This document shows positions 13,373 through 26,360 of a stretch of 64,000 bases of DNA, in pieces. The DNA is from Octopus sinensis (Eukaryota): the NCBI RefSeq assembly GCF_006345805.1, contig NC_043007.1, positions 44,764,001 through 44,828,000 of the forward strand, in the 5' to 3' direction. Within the stretch, counting starts at the first letter, position 1. Every line of letters starts with the position of its first letter. The notes beneath the pieces were generated by a model. It worked only from the letters and a program-made list of their open reading frames with translations. It was not told the DNA's origin and searched no databases. The position numbers were made by a program, and so were the translations under genes.

Positions 13373-13652
13373 AGTAATACATTTGACAAAGAAATCTGAA
13401 TGTTAAAGGGTTACACAAATCAAAACACAAGCATTATAGTTGCAGGCATGGCTATATAGTTAAAAAGAATTTGCTTTGCAACCATGTGGTTTTAGTTTCA
13501 ATCCCACTACATGGCATCTATAGCCTGAGGCAGACCAATGCTGTGGGAATGAAATTGTTAGGGTATTTGAAGTGGTACCTCTGTGTGGTCTCAGTCCAGT
13601 TGAAGACATTAACCCTTTCATTACCATATTTCAGTAGAAATACACAGATTTT

Positions 13653-13931
13653 AGGAGTGGCTGTGTGGTAAGTAGCTTGCTTACCAACTGCATGGTTCTG
13701 GGTTCAGTCCCACTGTGTAGTACCTTGGGCAAATGTTTTCTACTATAGCCTCGGGCTGACCAAAGCCTTGTGAGTGGATTTGGTAGACGGAAACTGAAAG
13801 AAGCCTGTCGAGATATATATATATATATATGTGTGTGTGTATATGTGTGTGTGTATATGTGTGTGTGTGTATGTATATGTGTGTGTGTGTATGTATATGT
13901 GTGTGTGTGTATGTATATGTGTGTGTGTGTA

Positions 13932-13972
<41 letters not shown>

Positions 13973-14185
13973 ATATGTTTGTGTGTCTGTGTTTGTGCCC
14001 CCAACTTTGCTTGACAACCGATGGTGTGTTTATGTCCCCGTCACTTAGCTGTTCGGCAGAAGAGACCGATAGAATAAGTACTAGGCTTACAAAGAATAAG
14101 TCCTGGGGTTGATTTGCTCGACTAAAGACGGTGCTCCAGCATGGCCACTGTTAGATGACTGAAACAAATAAAAGAATAAAAGAAT
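13653..14185 (+). mobile_element. tRNA-derived SINE family A, full length, with central microsatellite
   Basis: Head TGGCTGTGTGGT..GGTTCAGTCCC (A/B-box-like), body AAGCCTTGTGAGTGGATTTGGTAGACGGAAACTGAAAGAAGCC, (TA)n(TG)n, tail ending GACTGAAACAAATAAAAGAATAAAAG. Confidence 0.85.
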
Positions 14186-14231
14186 TAATACTAAAAATAA
14201 TGAAGAATTTAGTAAAATAATTTTGACCTCA

Positions 14232-14613
14232 TTAACCCCTTAGCATTCAGATTACATTATGAAATCATCATCATCATCATTGTTAACATCCACTTTTCAT
14301 GCTAGCATGAGTTGGACGATTTGACTGAGGGCTGGCGAACCAGATGGCTGCACCAGGCTTCAATCTTGATCTGGCTGAGTTTCTACAGCTGGATGCCCTT
14401 CCTAATGTCAACCACTCCGAGAGTATGCTTATTTATTCACATAGTTTTGAATTAACCTTGCATTATCTTGTAGGTTTGAGATTTCAATGATGTGACTTTA
14501 TTTTTAGAATGACATTATGGGATATGTGAGAGAGGCCAGACTTGACCAGTTTGAACATAAAACAGGAAGAATATTTGGGCTGGATATGGGTGGTCTAAAT
14601 GATAGAGGGTTAA
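14232..14613. mobile_element. piggyBac-type MITE with nested RTE tail
   Basis: TTAA-CCCCTTAGCATT ... AATGATAGAGGG-TTAA; RTE tail inserted at about 14264-14425. Confidence 0.75.
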
Positions 14614-16199
14614 GCTGGTGGAACATAAATTAATATGGGGTTTTGAGAGAAGGTTTTTAATTTAGCTCACTTTAAAAAGAAAGTTTATTTTATAGAACCA
14701 GTTATAGTGCCAGACAGGTTAATGTTAGAATGGTTAACTTCACAACTACTGTCTTCAAGTAAATTTGTGCAGTCAAAATGCTTTCTTTTCTGAATTTTTT
14801 CTTTCAGCTATTGATTTTTTCTCATTGATTTTAAAGACTGCATATTTATAGATGAAAAAAATCTTTGGGAATTCCTTTCTGTATAGATTGAGTTAGATAA
14901 GATATAAACAAAAGACCTTCATTGTTGTTGTTCTTCCCTTGCTAAATTCTGTTTGAATAAATCTGTGACTACCGGCATTCTAACCATAACCATCCCAGCT
15001 TTTATCTAGACACAGTGTATCTTGACTGACATTATCCAAAGTGTCCTTCCACATTTTTAAGATTGTAGAATGTGATTTGAGGAAATCTATGGGCTACTAT
15101 TTTTTGTCAGGTTAAATAACTACAAATCTCATATTCATCATATAATGTAATATAGTTTTATTGCATGGTTCTCTGACTGATGCATATAGTAATATGTTAT
15201 TGTAAATATTTGAAGAACTCATATTCAAATCGATACCCCCATCCACATATACAATGAGACAGCACTTATTCTGGGCCTGCTGCAAGTAGCTGTTGACTGT
15301 CCTTCAAATTCATACTCTACCATTTTAAAGGAGAGCACATTGGAAAGTGTGATCTTGTTTGCACTGTATCTGAGAAAAGAGATAAAAATGTGATATTCTA
15401 GGCCTGCTTAGCATCCACTATTAAAGTCCTGTACTGCAGATATCTACAGTTGTTGCCAAATCTTAAACCACATGAAACCACTATTCAAATTGTGTTGCTT
15501 GGAACTAAGAACACAGTTCAGCTTCATTTCAGAAAGAACTTTCTTTAACAAAACTCTCTATTTGTACTATGTGTGGTTAGGTTTTTGCTTTTTATGAAGT
15601 ACATTTCTATGGATCATTTTTATCCCTTTGATTTTCAAGTTTAGTGGTGAGTTAGAATTCTGTGATATTATTTATTAATGATTTGTTGATAATTGTTTGT
15701 TAATGATTTAGTTAGGGAATCAATACCCACAAATTAATATCTTATAAATATATGAAAATGCATGTAATCAACTTAACTAAATTCAACCTACTTTGGTAGG
15801 TGAAAGTAACATGACAACAGGTAAAGATCAACAACAATACACCACTTTTGTCATAATGTATCAGCAGATTTTATACTAATTCATGTAATAGTTATATTTC
15901 TATGATTTTTATATTGGGCTAAGAGTATTTCTTCATACTCTCAAATTTCTGATGTGATTGAGAAATTCTTACAGTGAAAGCCCTACAAAAATTTAAGAAT
16001 AGCGACAATGTTCAGTGATAGTTTTCTTGCTTACTGGGCCAGTGTAGGAAGGATTTTCAATAATGAAAACTAATTGAATAATTTTAAGGTAACATTTCAG
16101 TATTTTTGTTATTGTTATTTTGTTATTTGATATTCCACCTACATTTCTGCTGTCTTGTATAACACACTGATTGCTTTTATATTTCTGTATATGTTTCAG

Positions 16200-16325
16200 T
16201 GGATATGATGGTTATATGCCATCTGAGGAATCTTTCGGATACAATGATGTGAGAAGAGATGCCTTCATGAAATCTGATACTTTTCAACATATTGATGCTC
16301 CTACTTACTCAAGGCAAGTATCCAG
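16200..16325 (+). CDS. EPS8: EPS8-family gene, internal coding exon (126 nt, phase 2-2)
   Basis: Acceptor TGTATATGTTTCAG, donor CCAG|GTGAGT; open frame GYDGYMPSEESFGYNDVRRDAFMKSDTFQHIDAPTYSRQVS; joins 20249 in frame. Confidence 0.8.
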
Positions 16326-16905
16326 GTGAGTGGCTGTGAAATCTAATTTGTAATATTTCATGTGATTTTTATTTCACCTCTACCAACACCACCAACAAAT
16401 TAAAATTACTCATTCTGCAGAGCATACTTGCTTTATTTCTTTTCAAACTTCACACAATCACTGCATTTAGTAACCATGTCTCATTAGAATGCATTCATAT
16501 ACATACCTTTCTGTGGTGTAAATATGTTTAGTATGATATACAAATGGCTATTTAAATTTAATGTTGTTTCAGTTATATTTGCTGAGCTTTTTTACAGCCT
16601 AGCAAGCATTCAGTAATATCAGTGAAAGGGTTATTCACTATTCCTGTGTATCAAGGTGTGAATTCCATTCAAGCATGTGACAAATTGGTGTATATTATTG
16701 ATGACCTCAAGAAAGGCAAAAACATGTCTAATGCTCCCATTAGTCACTGCTGTGATGATGTTTATTTTACTTCGATATTTGTTGCCATTTTAACAGAACA
16801 GGAAGAGATTTTCTTTCAGGAAAAACTACAGCAGCAGGATGATCATAATTTAAGAGCTGTTTTCCAGTTGTGTGTGTGTGTGTGTATGTATATAAAAAAT
16901 ATGTG

Positions 16906-17134
16906 TTTCTTTACTACCCACAAGGGGCTAAACATAGAGGGGACAAACAAGGACAGACAAACGAATTAAGTCGATTACATCGACCCCTGTGTGTAACTGG
17001 TACTTAATTTATCGACCCCGAAAGGATGAAAGGCAAAGTCGACCTCGGCGGAATTAGGACTCAGAACGTAGCGGCAGATGAAATACGGCTACGCATTTCG
17101 CCCGGCGTGCTAACGTTTCTGCCAGCTCGCCGCC
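16906..17134 (-). mobile_element. tRNA-derived SINE family B, young copy
   Basis: Minus strand GGCGGCGAGCTGGCAGAAACGTTAGC...GAGTCCTAATTCCGCCGAGGTCGAC..., CpG intact; older copies near 9655, 9907, 44760, 47110, 50290. Confidence 0.85.
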
Positions 17135-17226
17135 TTTAATATAAAAAATATGTATATAAAAAATATGAGCATGTAAGTATGTATACAGACAAACAGATGG
17201 ATAGACAGATAGATAGATAGATATTG

Positions 17227-17592
17227 AGCATAGCTTTGTGGAAAGAAATTTGCTTCTCAACCACAAGATTCTGTGTTCAGTTTCATTGCACTGTGTGCCA
17301 TCATCTTCTACTATAGTTCTGGCCGACTAAAGCCTTGTAAGTGGATTTGGTAGATGGAAACTGAAAGAAGCCTGTTATGTGTGTGTGTGTGTGTGTGTGT
17401 GTGTTGTCCCACACCATCACTGGTGTGGGTTTGTTTACATCCTTATAACTTAGCAGTCCAGCAAAAGAGACCAGTAAATGAGTATCAAACTTAATAAAAA
17501 TAAGCATTGGAGTCAGTCTGTTTGACTAATTCATTCAAGGTGGTACCCAGTATGGCTACAGAAAAATGACTGAAACAAATAAAAGATAAAAG
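17227..17592 (+). mobile_element. SINE family A
   Basis: Same head, body, microsatellite and tail as 13653. Confidence 0.8.
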
Positions 17593-17779
17593 ATATAACT
17601 ATATAGCTGCTACCTTTGTTGGTAACAAAGGGCCTCTTCCTCAAATTGTATGATACCTGAATATGAACAGCTAAGCTAAATGGCAGTAAGATATGGGCTG
17701 TGACTACTGACGACATGCAAAGGCTTGAAAGAAATAAAGCTAGCATGCTCCACTTGATGGGTAATGTCAGTGTGCATGT

Positions 17780-18505
17780 TCATTAGAGTGTAAGTGATTT
17801 GAGAGAAAAAGTCAGGCATATGAGGCATCAGATGTAGTGTGCAAGAGAGAAGACATGCTGATATGGTTACTTGATGGGTATGGATGTCGACAGCCGCATC
17901 AAGGAGTGTCAGTCTCTAGTTGTGGAGGGAAGTGTGGAAAGAGCAGATCTGGGAAGATGTGGGGTGAAGTGGTGAGAAAGGATCTCAATACATTGGGTCT
18001 CATTGGAGGACATGACAACAGACCAAAACTTTAGGTGGTTTGCTGTGCTTGAGAAGACACAGCAAAGCTAAGTAAAATCATTGCTGTCCATGCATACAGG
18101 CGTATCCTTTACACTCTTCTTGCAACCAAGAGATTCAAGTCATGTGGGCTTGTGGGTGCTGGCACCATGTAAAAGTACCTATGCCTGTGCCTCATAAAAG
18201 TGCCTTTGCTGGTGCACATAGAAGTGCTTGTACCAGTGCCATGTAGAAGTGCCCATGCTGGTTCCACATACAGGTGCCCGTGCTGGTGTCACATAGAAGT
18301 GCCTGTGCTATTTCCACATAGAAGTGCTCATGCTGGTGTCATGTAGAAGCATCCATGTCAGTGTCTCATAAAAGCACCCATGCTGATACCACATAAAAGC
18401 AGAAAGACAACAGGGGCCAGGGTAGCCCTCGAGCTGACCAAACCCCTGTTAAACAATCCAACTCTTGCCAGAATGGAGAATGGGCGTTAAAAAATGATGA
18501 TGACT
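17780..18505 (+). mobile_element. RTE LINE 3' end (ORF C-terminus, 3' UTR, (GAT)n tail)
   Basis: Degenerate LREK...QERR..W.G...GR.GKMWGEVVRKDL...WFAVLEKT, then UTR with a 25-bp tandem array and GATGATGA tail. Confidence 0.75.
18165..18400 (+). repeat. 25-bp tandem repeat, about 10 copies
   Basis: Unit approximately AGAAGTGCCCATGCTGGTGTCACAT, inside an RTE 3' UTR. Confidence 0.85.
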
Positions 18506-18509
18506 TATA

Positions 18510-18895
18510 TTCTTTTACTTGTTTCAGTCATTTGACTGCAACCATGTTGCTGCACTGCCTTGAAGGGTTTTAGTCAAACAAATCAACCACAGGACTTTTT
18601 TTTTTTTAAAGCCTGGTATTTATTCTATTTGGTTCCTTTTGCTGAACTGCTAAGTTACAGGGATGTAAACACACCAACACTTGTTGTCAAGTGGTGATGG
18701 CAGGACAGACACAAAGACACACACACACACACACGCACGCACGCACACACACACACACGCGTGCAAATGATGGGCTTCTTTCAGTTTGTCTATCAAATCC
18801 ACTCACAAAGCTTTGGTCAACCTGATGCTAGTGTAAAAAACACTTGCCCAAGGTGCCATGCAGTGAGACTGAACCCAGAACCACATGTGTAAGTT
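18510..18895 (-). mobile_element. SINE family A
   Basis: Reverse-complement copy with central (CA)n. Confidence 0.8.
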
Positions 18896-19237
18896 TTTGT
18901 AAATGTGTAATATATGTACATATAATCATCATCATTGTTTTAATACCCACTTTTCCATGCTTGCATGGGTTGGACAAACATTATTGAGGCTGATTATCCA
19001 CAGTTGGATACCTTTCCATTCATCAGAATGCCTCAATTCATCGGTCTTGAGACAAAGAGATCCAAACATATACTCTTACACATACATACACACACACAAA
19101 CATATTTTCAATAGGCTTCTTTCAGTTTCCAACTATCAAATCCTCTCACAAGGCTTTGGTTGTCTTGGGGCTGTAATAGAAGACACTTTCCCAAGATGAC
19201 ACACAATGGGACTGAACTCAAAACCACATAGCCACAT

Positions 19238-19275
<38 letters not shown>

Positions 19276-19526
19276 ATGGACACACACGCGCCTGCGCACA
19301 CTCAAAAACTGTTAAAAAGAATTATTGAATAGTTTTTAAATAGAATTTGAAAAAGGAATACTGTTCCAGATGGGTGGGTTACCATACAATGGAAACTAGA
19401 AATAGAAACAATAAATAATGCCGTCTTGAGTGCATGTATTGTGTGTGTGTGTCTAAACACACACACACCTGTACATGCATCCTTTGTAATATTCACTATT
19501 GTTGCTAATTCACTATTCAGAATGCA

Positions 19527-19565
<39 letters not shown>

Positions 19566-19666
19566 CACACATACACGCACACACACACACACACACACAC
19601 AGAGTTCTATTATAGGACTACATCCTTTCACCAGACACAGTGACGTAAAGAAACAAAAACTCATAG

Positions 19667-19762
<96 letters not shown>

Positions 19763-20248
19763 CTACCCATTTTGTTTTTGTTATTACTACTCCCTCTCCT
19801 TTTCAAATGTCACATGGCATTTTTATTTGATGTCTGCTTTTCCCTTCCTTCCTTCTTTTTTCTTTTTCTTTCTTTCTTTCTCAATCTCTTCCTTCTACCT
19901 GTTCCTCTTCTCCTTCTTTTCCTCTTCATTCCCTCCAACTCATTATTATACTTCTTATTTACATTTTCTGACTGTCTTACCTGTTTTTACACCTACTGAG
20001 TCTGCTGTTGTCCAGAGGGAGAAAAATATAATTCAAAGACATAAAAGCTTCAAGTACTTACACACGTAAACACAAACTCATAAACACGCACTTATATACA
20101 TATTTATATACATATTCATATATATATATATCTTTATATTGAAGTTCCCAGCTTGCTTCATAAATTAACTGACAGTACATACATTATTTTTTGTTTTTGT
20201 TCAAAAGAAAACATTTTCCTAACTTCTTACTCTTTGGATTATTGCAAG

Positions 20249-20400
20249 ACACTTCCAACAAAATATGGGTGTTCGTGGACATCAACTGCCTGGAGCGGTT
20301 CCTGTGTTACAACCATTAAACAGCAATAATTCTTCTTTGAATTTCAGAAATGATTTTGCCCCAAATCCAGCCAGGCCAGTTCCTTATGCATCTTCTGGAG
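20249..20400 (+). CDS. EPS8: EPS8-family gene, internal coding exon (152 nt, phase 2-1)
   Basis: Acceptor TTATTGCAAG, donor GGAG|GTATGA; open frame (R)HFQQNMGVRGHQLPGAVPVLQPLNSNNSSLNFRNDFAPNPARPVPYASSG; phases match 16325 and 62449. Confidence 0.78.
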
Positions 20401-20624
20401 GTATGACAATTGCAATTCTCTTTGTTTTCTAACTTTAAAAGTGATTTTTCTTTTTGCATTCTTTATGCATTTGTTTCTGTTTTTTCTATTTTTTCTATTT
20501 TTTTTTTTCATTTTATTTTCTCTTCTTAATTCATGTTCCTTTATGTATTTCTGAACTTGATATTATTTTTATCTCCCACTATATATACATATACACACAC
20601 ACATATATGATATAAATATATCTA

Positions 20625-20955
20625 AATTTGTGATACCTGCGCCAGTGGCACGTAAAAAGCACCATCCGAACGTGGCCAATGCCAGCGCTGCCTCGTCTGG
20701 CCCCCATGCCAGTGGCACTTAAAAAGCACCAACCGATTGTGGCTGTTTCCAGCCTCCCCTGGCACCTGTGCTGGTGGCACGTAAAAAGCACCCACTACAC
20801 TCATGGAGTGGTTGGTGTTAGGAAGGGCATCCAGCTGTAGAAACACTGCCAGATCAGACTGGAGCCTGGTGCAGCCTCCTGGCTTCCCAGACTCAGGTTG
20901 AACCGTCCAAGCCATGCTAGCATGGAAAGCGGACGTTAAACGATGATGATGATGA
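20625..20955 (+). mobile_element. RTE 3' tail copy
   Basis: GGCACGTAAAAAGCACCC...GGAAGGGCATCCAGCTGTAGAAAC...GGACGTTAAACGATGATGATG. Confidence 0.8.
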
Positions 20956-21575
20956 CATGTGTACACACGCATGTGTGTGTGTGAAATTATGACAAACACA
21001 AATTTATATAATTCGTTTTCTGCATACATTTCACTGTTGTGGTTACTTGCAACCACTTCGCTGTATGTTTCAAGTGGAGTAGGATGCTAGACCTGAATAG
21101 ATTTATCAGGGAACACTTTATTGCACTATGTTACACAAATCTTTGTAGTTGAGCTAACATAATGCAATAAAGTACATGCCCTTGACGATTTGTTGTGGAT
21201 CAGGATCCAGTTGCATTTCGAACATCCAATGCTGACATTGCAAATAACCACAATGCTGAAATCTTGGTGAGGAACAAAAAATATGAATTTGTATCTATCA
21301 TAATTTGTCCCACATTTTCTCTGTATATCATAACGGGTGATACTACTGAGTATTGTAGTGACCAAACCACTATACTATTGGCATGCTTGCTGATGATGAT
21401 CTATGTTGAGGTCTAACTCAGCAGTACCAGTCATACATCTATGTACACACAAGATATGCTATATATACTATATGTATATATACGTATGTGTATACATATG
21501 TGTGTGTGTATATATATATATGTTTGTATGTGTGTATGTGTATATATATTTATATGTATACATACATAGATATAT

Positions 21576-21626
<51 letters not shown>

Positions 21627-21639
21627 TATGCATATATAC

Positions 21640-21775
21640 ATACATATATGTACATGCCTACATATATATGTATATATACATGCATATATGGGTATAGGAC
21701 ATCAAAAAAATGTTGAACACAATGAGAAACGAAAACATAAAAACAAAAACATAGAAACGAACTATTTTTCGAACA
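21640..21775 (+). repeat. Unclassified repeat, second copy at 44185-44325
   Basis: CATATATGGGTA(T/C)AGGACA..AAAAAAA..TTGAACACAATGAGAAACGAAAACATAAAAACAAAAACAT shared by both copies. Confidence 0.75.
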
Positions 21776-21975
21776 GCGGTGCATGTGTGAGTGAGACCTG
21801 ACTGCCATCTGATGAGTGGTGTTGGTTTGTTTACATTCCTGTAACTTAGCAGTTTGGAAAGGCTTACCAACAGAATTAGTACCAGATGTAACAAAGTGTA
21901 CTGCGGTTGATGTGTTCGACTAAAACCAGGCAGTGCCCTGGCATGGCCGCAGTCCAGTGACTGAAGCAGATAAAG

Positions 21976-22044
<69 letters not shown>

Positions 22045-25000
22045 TGTGTGTGTGTGTGTGTTTATATGGATGTTCATACATATATTTCTCCACACACATA
22101 CACACATATATATATGGATTTTGTATAAAAGAGTTGTATGTCTCTCTTTGCAACTACATGGTTATCTAAAACTATTAACGAAACCATGATATATGCTTCT
22201 TTATCATCCTGTCTTGTTTACATATTCATACTGTTCTTCTGTCGATATATCAGATAAGATAGAGGTTGGGTGGTGTACGTGATTTTAATCTCTACAAAGA
22301 ACTACAGTTCAAGGCAATTTCTCATAAGATATGCTTTTCTTGTTGTAGCATAATTTATTAAGGCTACTTGGACACAAACCTGTATACTGATTAAATGCCT
22401 GAAATTTCAAGACCAGTAATTATTGATATGTATCTGTGAAGGTAAAATCCTTCATTTCCATGGACATACACTAATGATCAGGTGATTAAGAGTGTCACTC
22501 ACAGTTGGTTTAAAGATATAGATTTGTTGTTCAAATCCTCCCTGGGACTGTTATACTATGCATGAGTAAGACACTTGTTGATGATTAGAGATGAAAATAA
22601 TTGTAATGTAGTTTAGATGTAAATTATTATCATCATCTTCATTATTTTAGATTTGTTTTCCTTGCTAGCAATGTCTACAGGTGGGGATCTGTAGGTGCAG
22701 ACGTGTCTGTGTTGTTAAAAAGTTTACTTCTGAGCCACATGATTTTAAGTTCAGTTCCACCATAGGCAAGTGTCTTCTACCATAGTCTCAGGCTGACCAG
22801 AGCCTTGTGAGTGGATTTGGTAGATGGAAACTGAAAGAAGCCTGGACAGATATGGTGTTTTTACATAAGAGAGAATATTTCTCCAGATTAACTGCATTGA
22901 ACATGCCTTTTAGCAGCTGAAATATCACAAACTCATTTTAACTAACCTAGACTTTGCTTATGCCTAAACACTGCATAGCACTGATGATATTACAGTAATT
23001 TTCATGACCATGGCAGTCTACTGGTGCAAATCAGTCAATGTTGTTGACTGTATCTTATCTGAAGCTCTGCTTTGATAAGGTCTATCCAGACTTGCTCTTT
23101 TAAGTATTTCTCATTGATAAAAACTAAGGAGCTAGAGACATCAATGCCTGGGAATCATGATAAGTGGTGACACTGGACAGATATGGTGTTTTACAGCTTT
23201 TTACCATATGAGAGAATCTTTTTCCATAGTAACTGCAATGAATTTGCTTTTTAGCAGTTAAAATGTTACAAATATATTTGAACTAACTTAAACTTTGCTT
23301 ATGTATATATATGTGTGTTTGTTTAAGTATGTGTTTGTGTCTCCTTGTCTTGACATCAGTTGATATGTGTAGATATGTGTCATTGCCGTACAAGCTGTGT
23401 CACTCATTTCCAATATTCTGTGAAAACATGTCTGATCATGGGGTGGAAACAGATGAGTATTGATGACAGGAAAAGTGTCCAGTGGTAGAAAATCTGCTTT
23501 AGTGAACTCTATCTGACCCATGCAAACATGCAAAAGCAGATATTAAAACGATGATGATGATGCATGGGTTGGACCCTTTGACAGGATTCAAGTTAGAAGA
23601 CCTTGTCTTGCTCTGATGTTTCAATTTTGACATGGTTTCACTGGTTGGATGTCCCTTCTAACACCAATCACTGTACAAAATGTTTTGGGTGAATTTATTG
23701 TCGAGGCACCAGCACTACAGATGTTGCCTTTCACCAGCAAGACTAAAGAATGCTCTCAAGACCTGTATTTTCACTGTGTGATTTGATTTACCCCCACTAA
23801 CAGAGAGTAGTGGATGATTTTTAGTGGCACTGGCATTGGTGGGGTTGCCTTGTAACTTGCTAAATAAAAGCCATGCTCTATGGTTGATGTAATATTGCAA
23901 ATTAACACTAAAGATGAAGTGAGTAGTCAGAAGAAAAAAAAAATTATCATAGTAGAATGCACCACCCAGTCCAGGAAATGAAACCACGATCTTGTGATTG
24001 TGAGTGGTACACCTTAACCTCTAGGCCACACACCTTCAGGCCAGTATGGAGGAAAAACATAATATGTTTGCAAATTCTGTTTTAATGCAAAATATATTTT
24101 CTCATTGGTTCCTTATTCATTTGATTTGCCTGTAACTGGTGAGTCAGTGGGAAAAAAATACAATTAAATTTACAGGAAGTTCACACTACAGCAAGACTTT
24201 TAGGAACACTATGGTTCTGTAACATGAAATGGGTGTGTCTGTAAGTAGCAAACTGTGTTGTAACAAACAAAGTAAATCTACTCAATACTTCCTTGGAGGA
24301 TGCAGAGGGGTTGGTATGGGACCACCAGCAGTGGAGAGCACTAGTGGACCTGGTCAACTCTATGCATGATGACACCTCTGGGACCACTAACTTGGAATGA
24401 ACCCAGCCACACCAAGCAAGAGCTTGAAGCCAAACATGTATGCACACATGCACAGTAGATCTCCAGTAAAATGCAGATCACATACTTAAGATAATATATC
24501 AACTATTTTTAACCATTTTAGATTGGTAGCCTTTTCACTAGCTAAACTACCTTTTCTTTAAATGAATTTTTTTATGGACTTTAGTATTTTGAAAAGTCTC
24601 TCTACTCAACATATTTGGAACTCAGTCTAAAGACCCCCCCCCCCCAGTACTACTTCATTGAACCTCATGAGTTCTCAGACCTGGAATTGGGATCTAGTGT
24701 TCTAGAATCTGTTAAAACAAGAGTTCATCCAGCTGGTTTCCAAGCTGTTAATCACAAATCATTTGCCAATTAATTTGCATATCCTCCACCTGTCTCTACT
24801 ACATCACTGAACGAACAACCTGAATACCCTACTTGCTCAAGCTCACTTCATGCTCCATCCTCCCATTACTTTTATCACTCTTCCTCAAACACTTCTCCTA
24901 GTCCAATGGAACCAGAATTACCAGTGTTCTGGAACTTTCTCCCTGCCCAGATATTCCCAACAAACATTGCCCTATAAAGAATGTGATTGTAAGATATTGA

Positions 25001-25365
25001 CTATGTAAGATAAGTTCAAACTAAATATCAACTACACAGACATCACTGATCTGAGGCAGAAAATGCTTAAACTATAAAACCATAGGCTGAGCTTCTCAGA
25101 CTGTATACTGTGGTTGTTCTTATTTGTTGCTCTTGTTCAGCAGTTTCCAGACATCTTTTGGAACCCCTTCCACCAGCACACTAGTCACATTTATAGTGCC
25201 CTTGCCACACATCACCACAAACATAAACCTCCTTCTATTGTGAATTCAAAACAACTGTACTTCACAGATAAAGCATAACCTAGTTAACCCATTATTTTGC
25301 TGTTTTTACAGCATGAAAGAGCAAATTTACACCCCACCTGTAATTACATTGTTTTCATATTTTTA

Positions 25366-26360
25366 TTGGGATAGATGTACATTGTGCAAGGATATTAGCT
25401 TCTTGATATTAGGCTGAAAAGTACTAAGAAGTAGTTTTAGATCCCTGCGTTCAACAATTTTCAGTCTGTTTCTTTGTTTAGAGAGAAACTGGGCAACTGT
25501 ACTGAAGTCTTGCTCTACAAAATATAATGTTGGGAAGGCAATAAGGTACATTTTTGACTTTGTTACACAGTGCAGGGTAGCAGTCAGAAATGTCCTTTTG
25601 CAATACAAAATCATGATATAATCTTTTGAACTTTGGCCTCAGCTCAAGATCATTTTAAAGTGAAACAAGTTCTTCCACTATTCTTGTTTTCTTATTACTG
25701 ATATCTAGGTATCAACAAAGACTGGTATTTTAATCAAAAATAGATTTCCTGAAATCTATCAGCCATGTCTCTGTGCAGCTCATCCAGGTGTGAACAGTAC
25801 ACATGAATGTCATTTTCTGGTATGCGCTTTTCCTTCTCCAGTTCAGGGAAGCTTGAAAACTGGAAGAACTCACAACAGCTTATGTTACATTTGAATAACT
25901 GTAACCTGGACAGAAATGTGGAGAGGGCTGATCTTACTTCATTTCCTTGTCACAAATTAACTTCATTGAACTTTGTGAATATACTTGTCATATAAGCAAT
26001 GTCATGCTTGATGTTTCTTGGTTCATCACAAAGAACAGAATAAGACTCTTACAAGAATTCAGTAATTGTTTTAAAAAAAAAGGAATAGAAACTTCTAGGC
26101 AGTTCCCTTTAATAGCCATTGAACTTCTGTGTGCAACAACAAATGTTCCAAATCCTTATTGTTTTCAGTGTAAAGTTATTGAAACAGTGAGGAATTGAAT
26201 GCATGTACCTTGATTTTATTTACTACTGTGATAACAGAGATCAATGGTTTGTTAAGTCCACCATTTAGGTTATTTGCACCCAGATGTTGCCTGTGGATAA
26301 CACAGAGTACAGCAAACATACTAAGTATAACTTTTTCAATAAATTGATGCAGCAGCATCC
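25366..26360 (-). pseudogene. hAT (Buster/Charlie-type) transposase fossil, C-terminal half
   Basis: Minus-strand fragments CVIHRQHL, LLLHTEVQWLLKGNCL, DIAYMTSIFTKFNEVNL, VYCSHLDELHRDMADRF and FPTLYFVEQDFS..KQRNRL..DLKLLL; frameshifts and stops. Confidence 0.9.

Noticed and set aside
16797-16870. Protein-like EQEEIFFQEKLQQQDDHNLRAVFQ after an acceptor
   Set aside because: Phase is incompatible with the 16325 donor (stop in that frame) and the only donor candidate lies in a (TG)n tract.
21195-21416. ORF MDQDPVAF... with a GTGAGG donor
   Set aside because: Homologous to 58165-58312, so an interspersed repeat; acceptor is poor.
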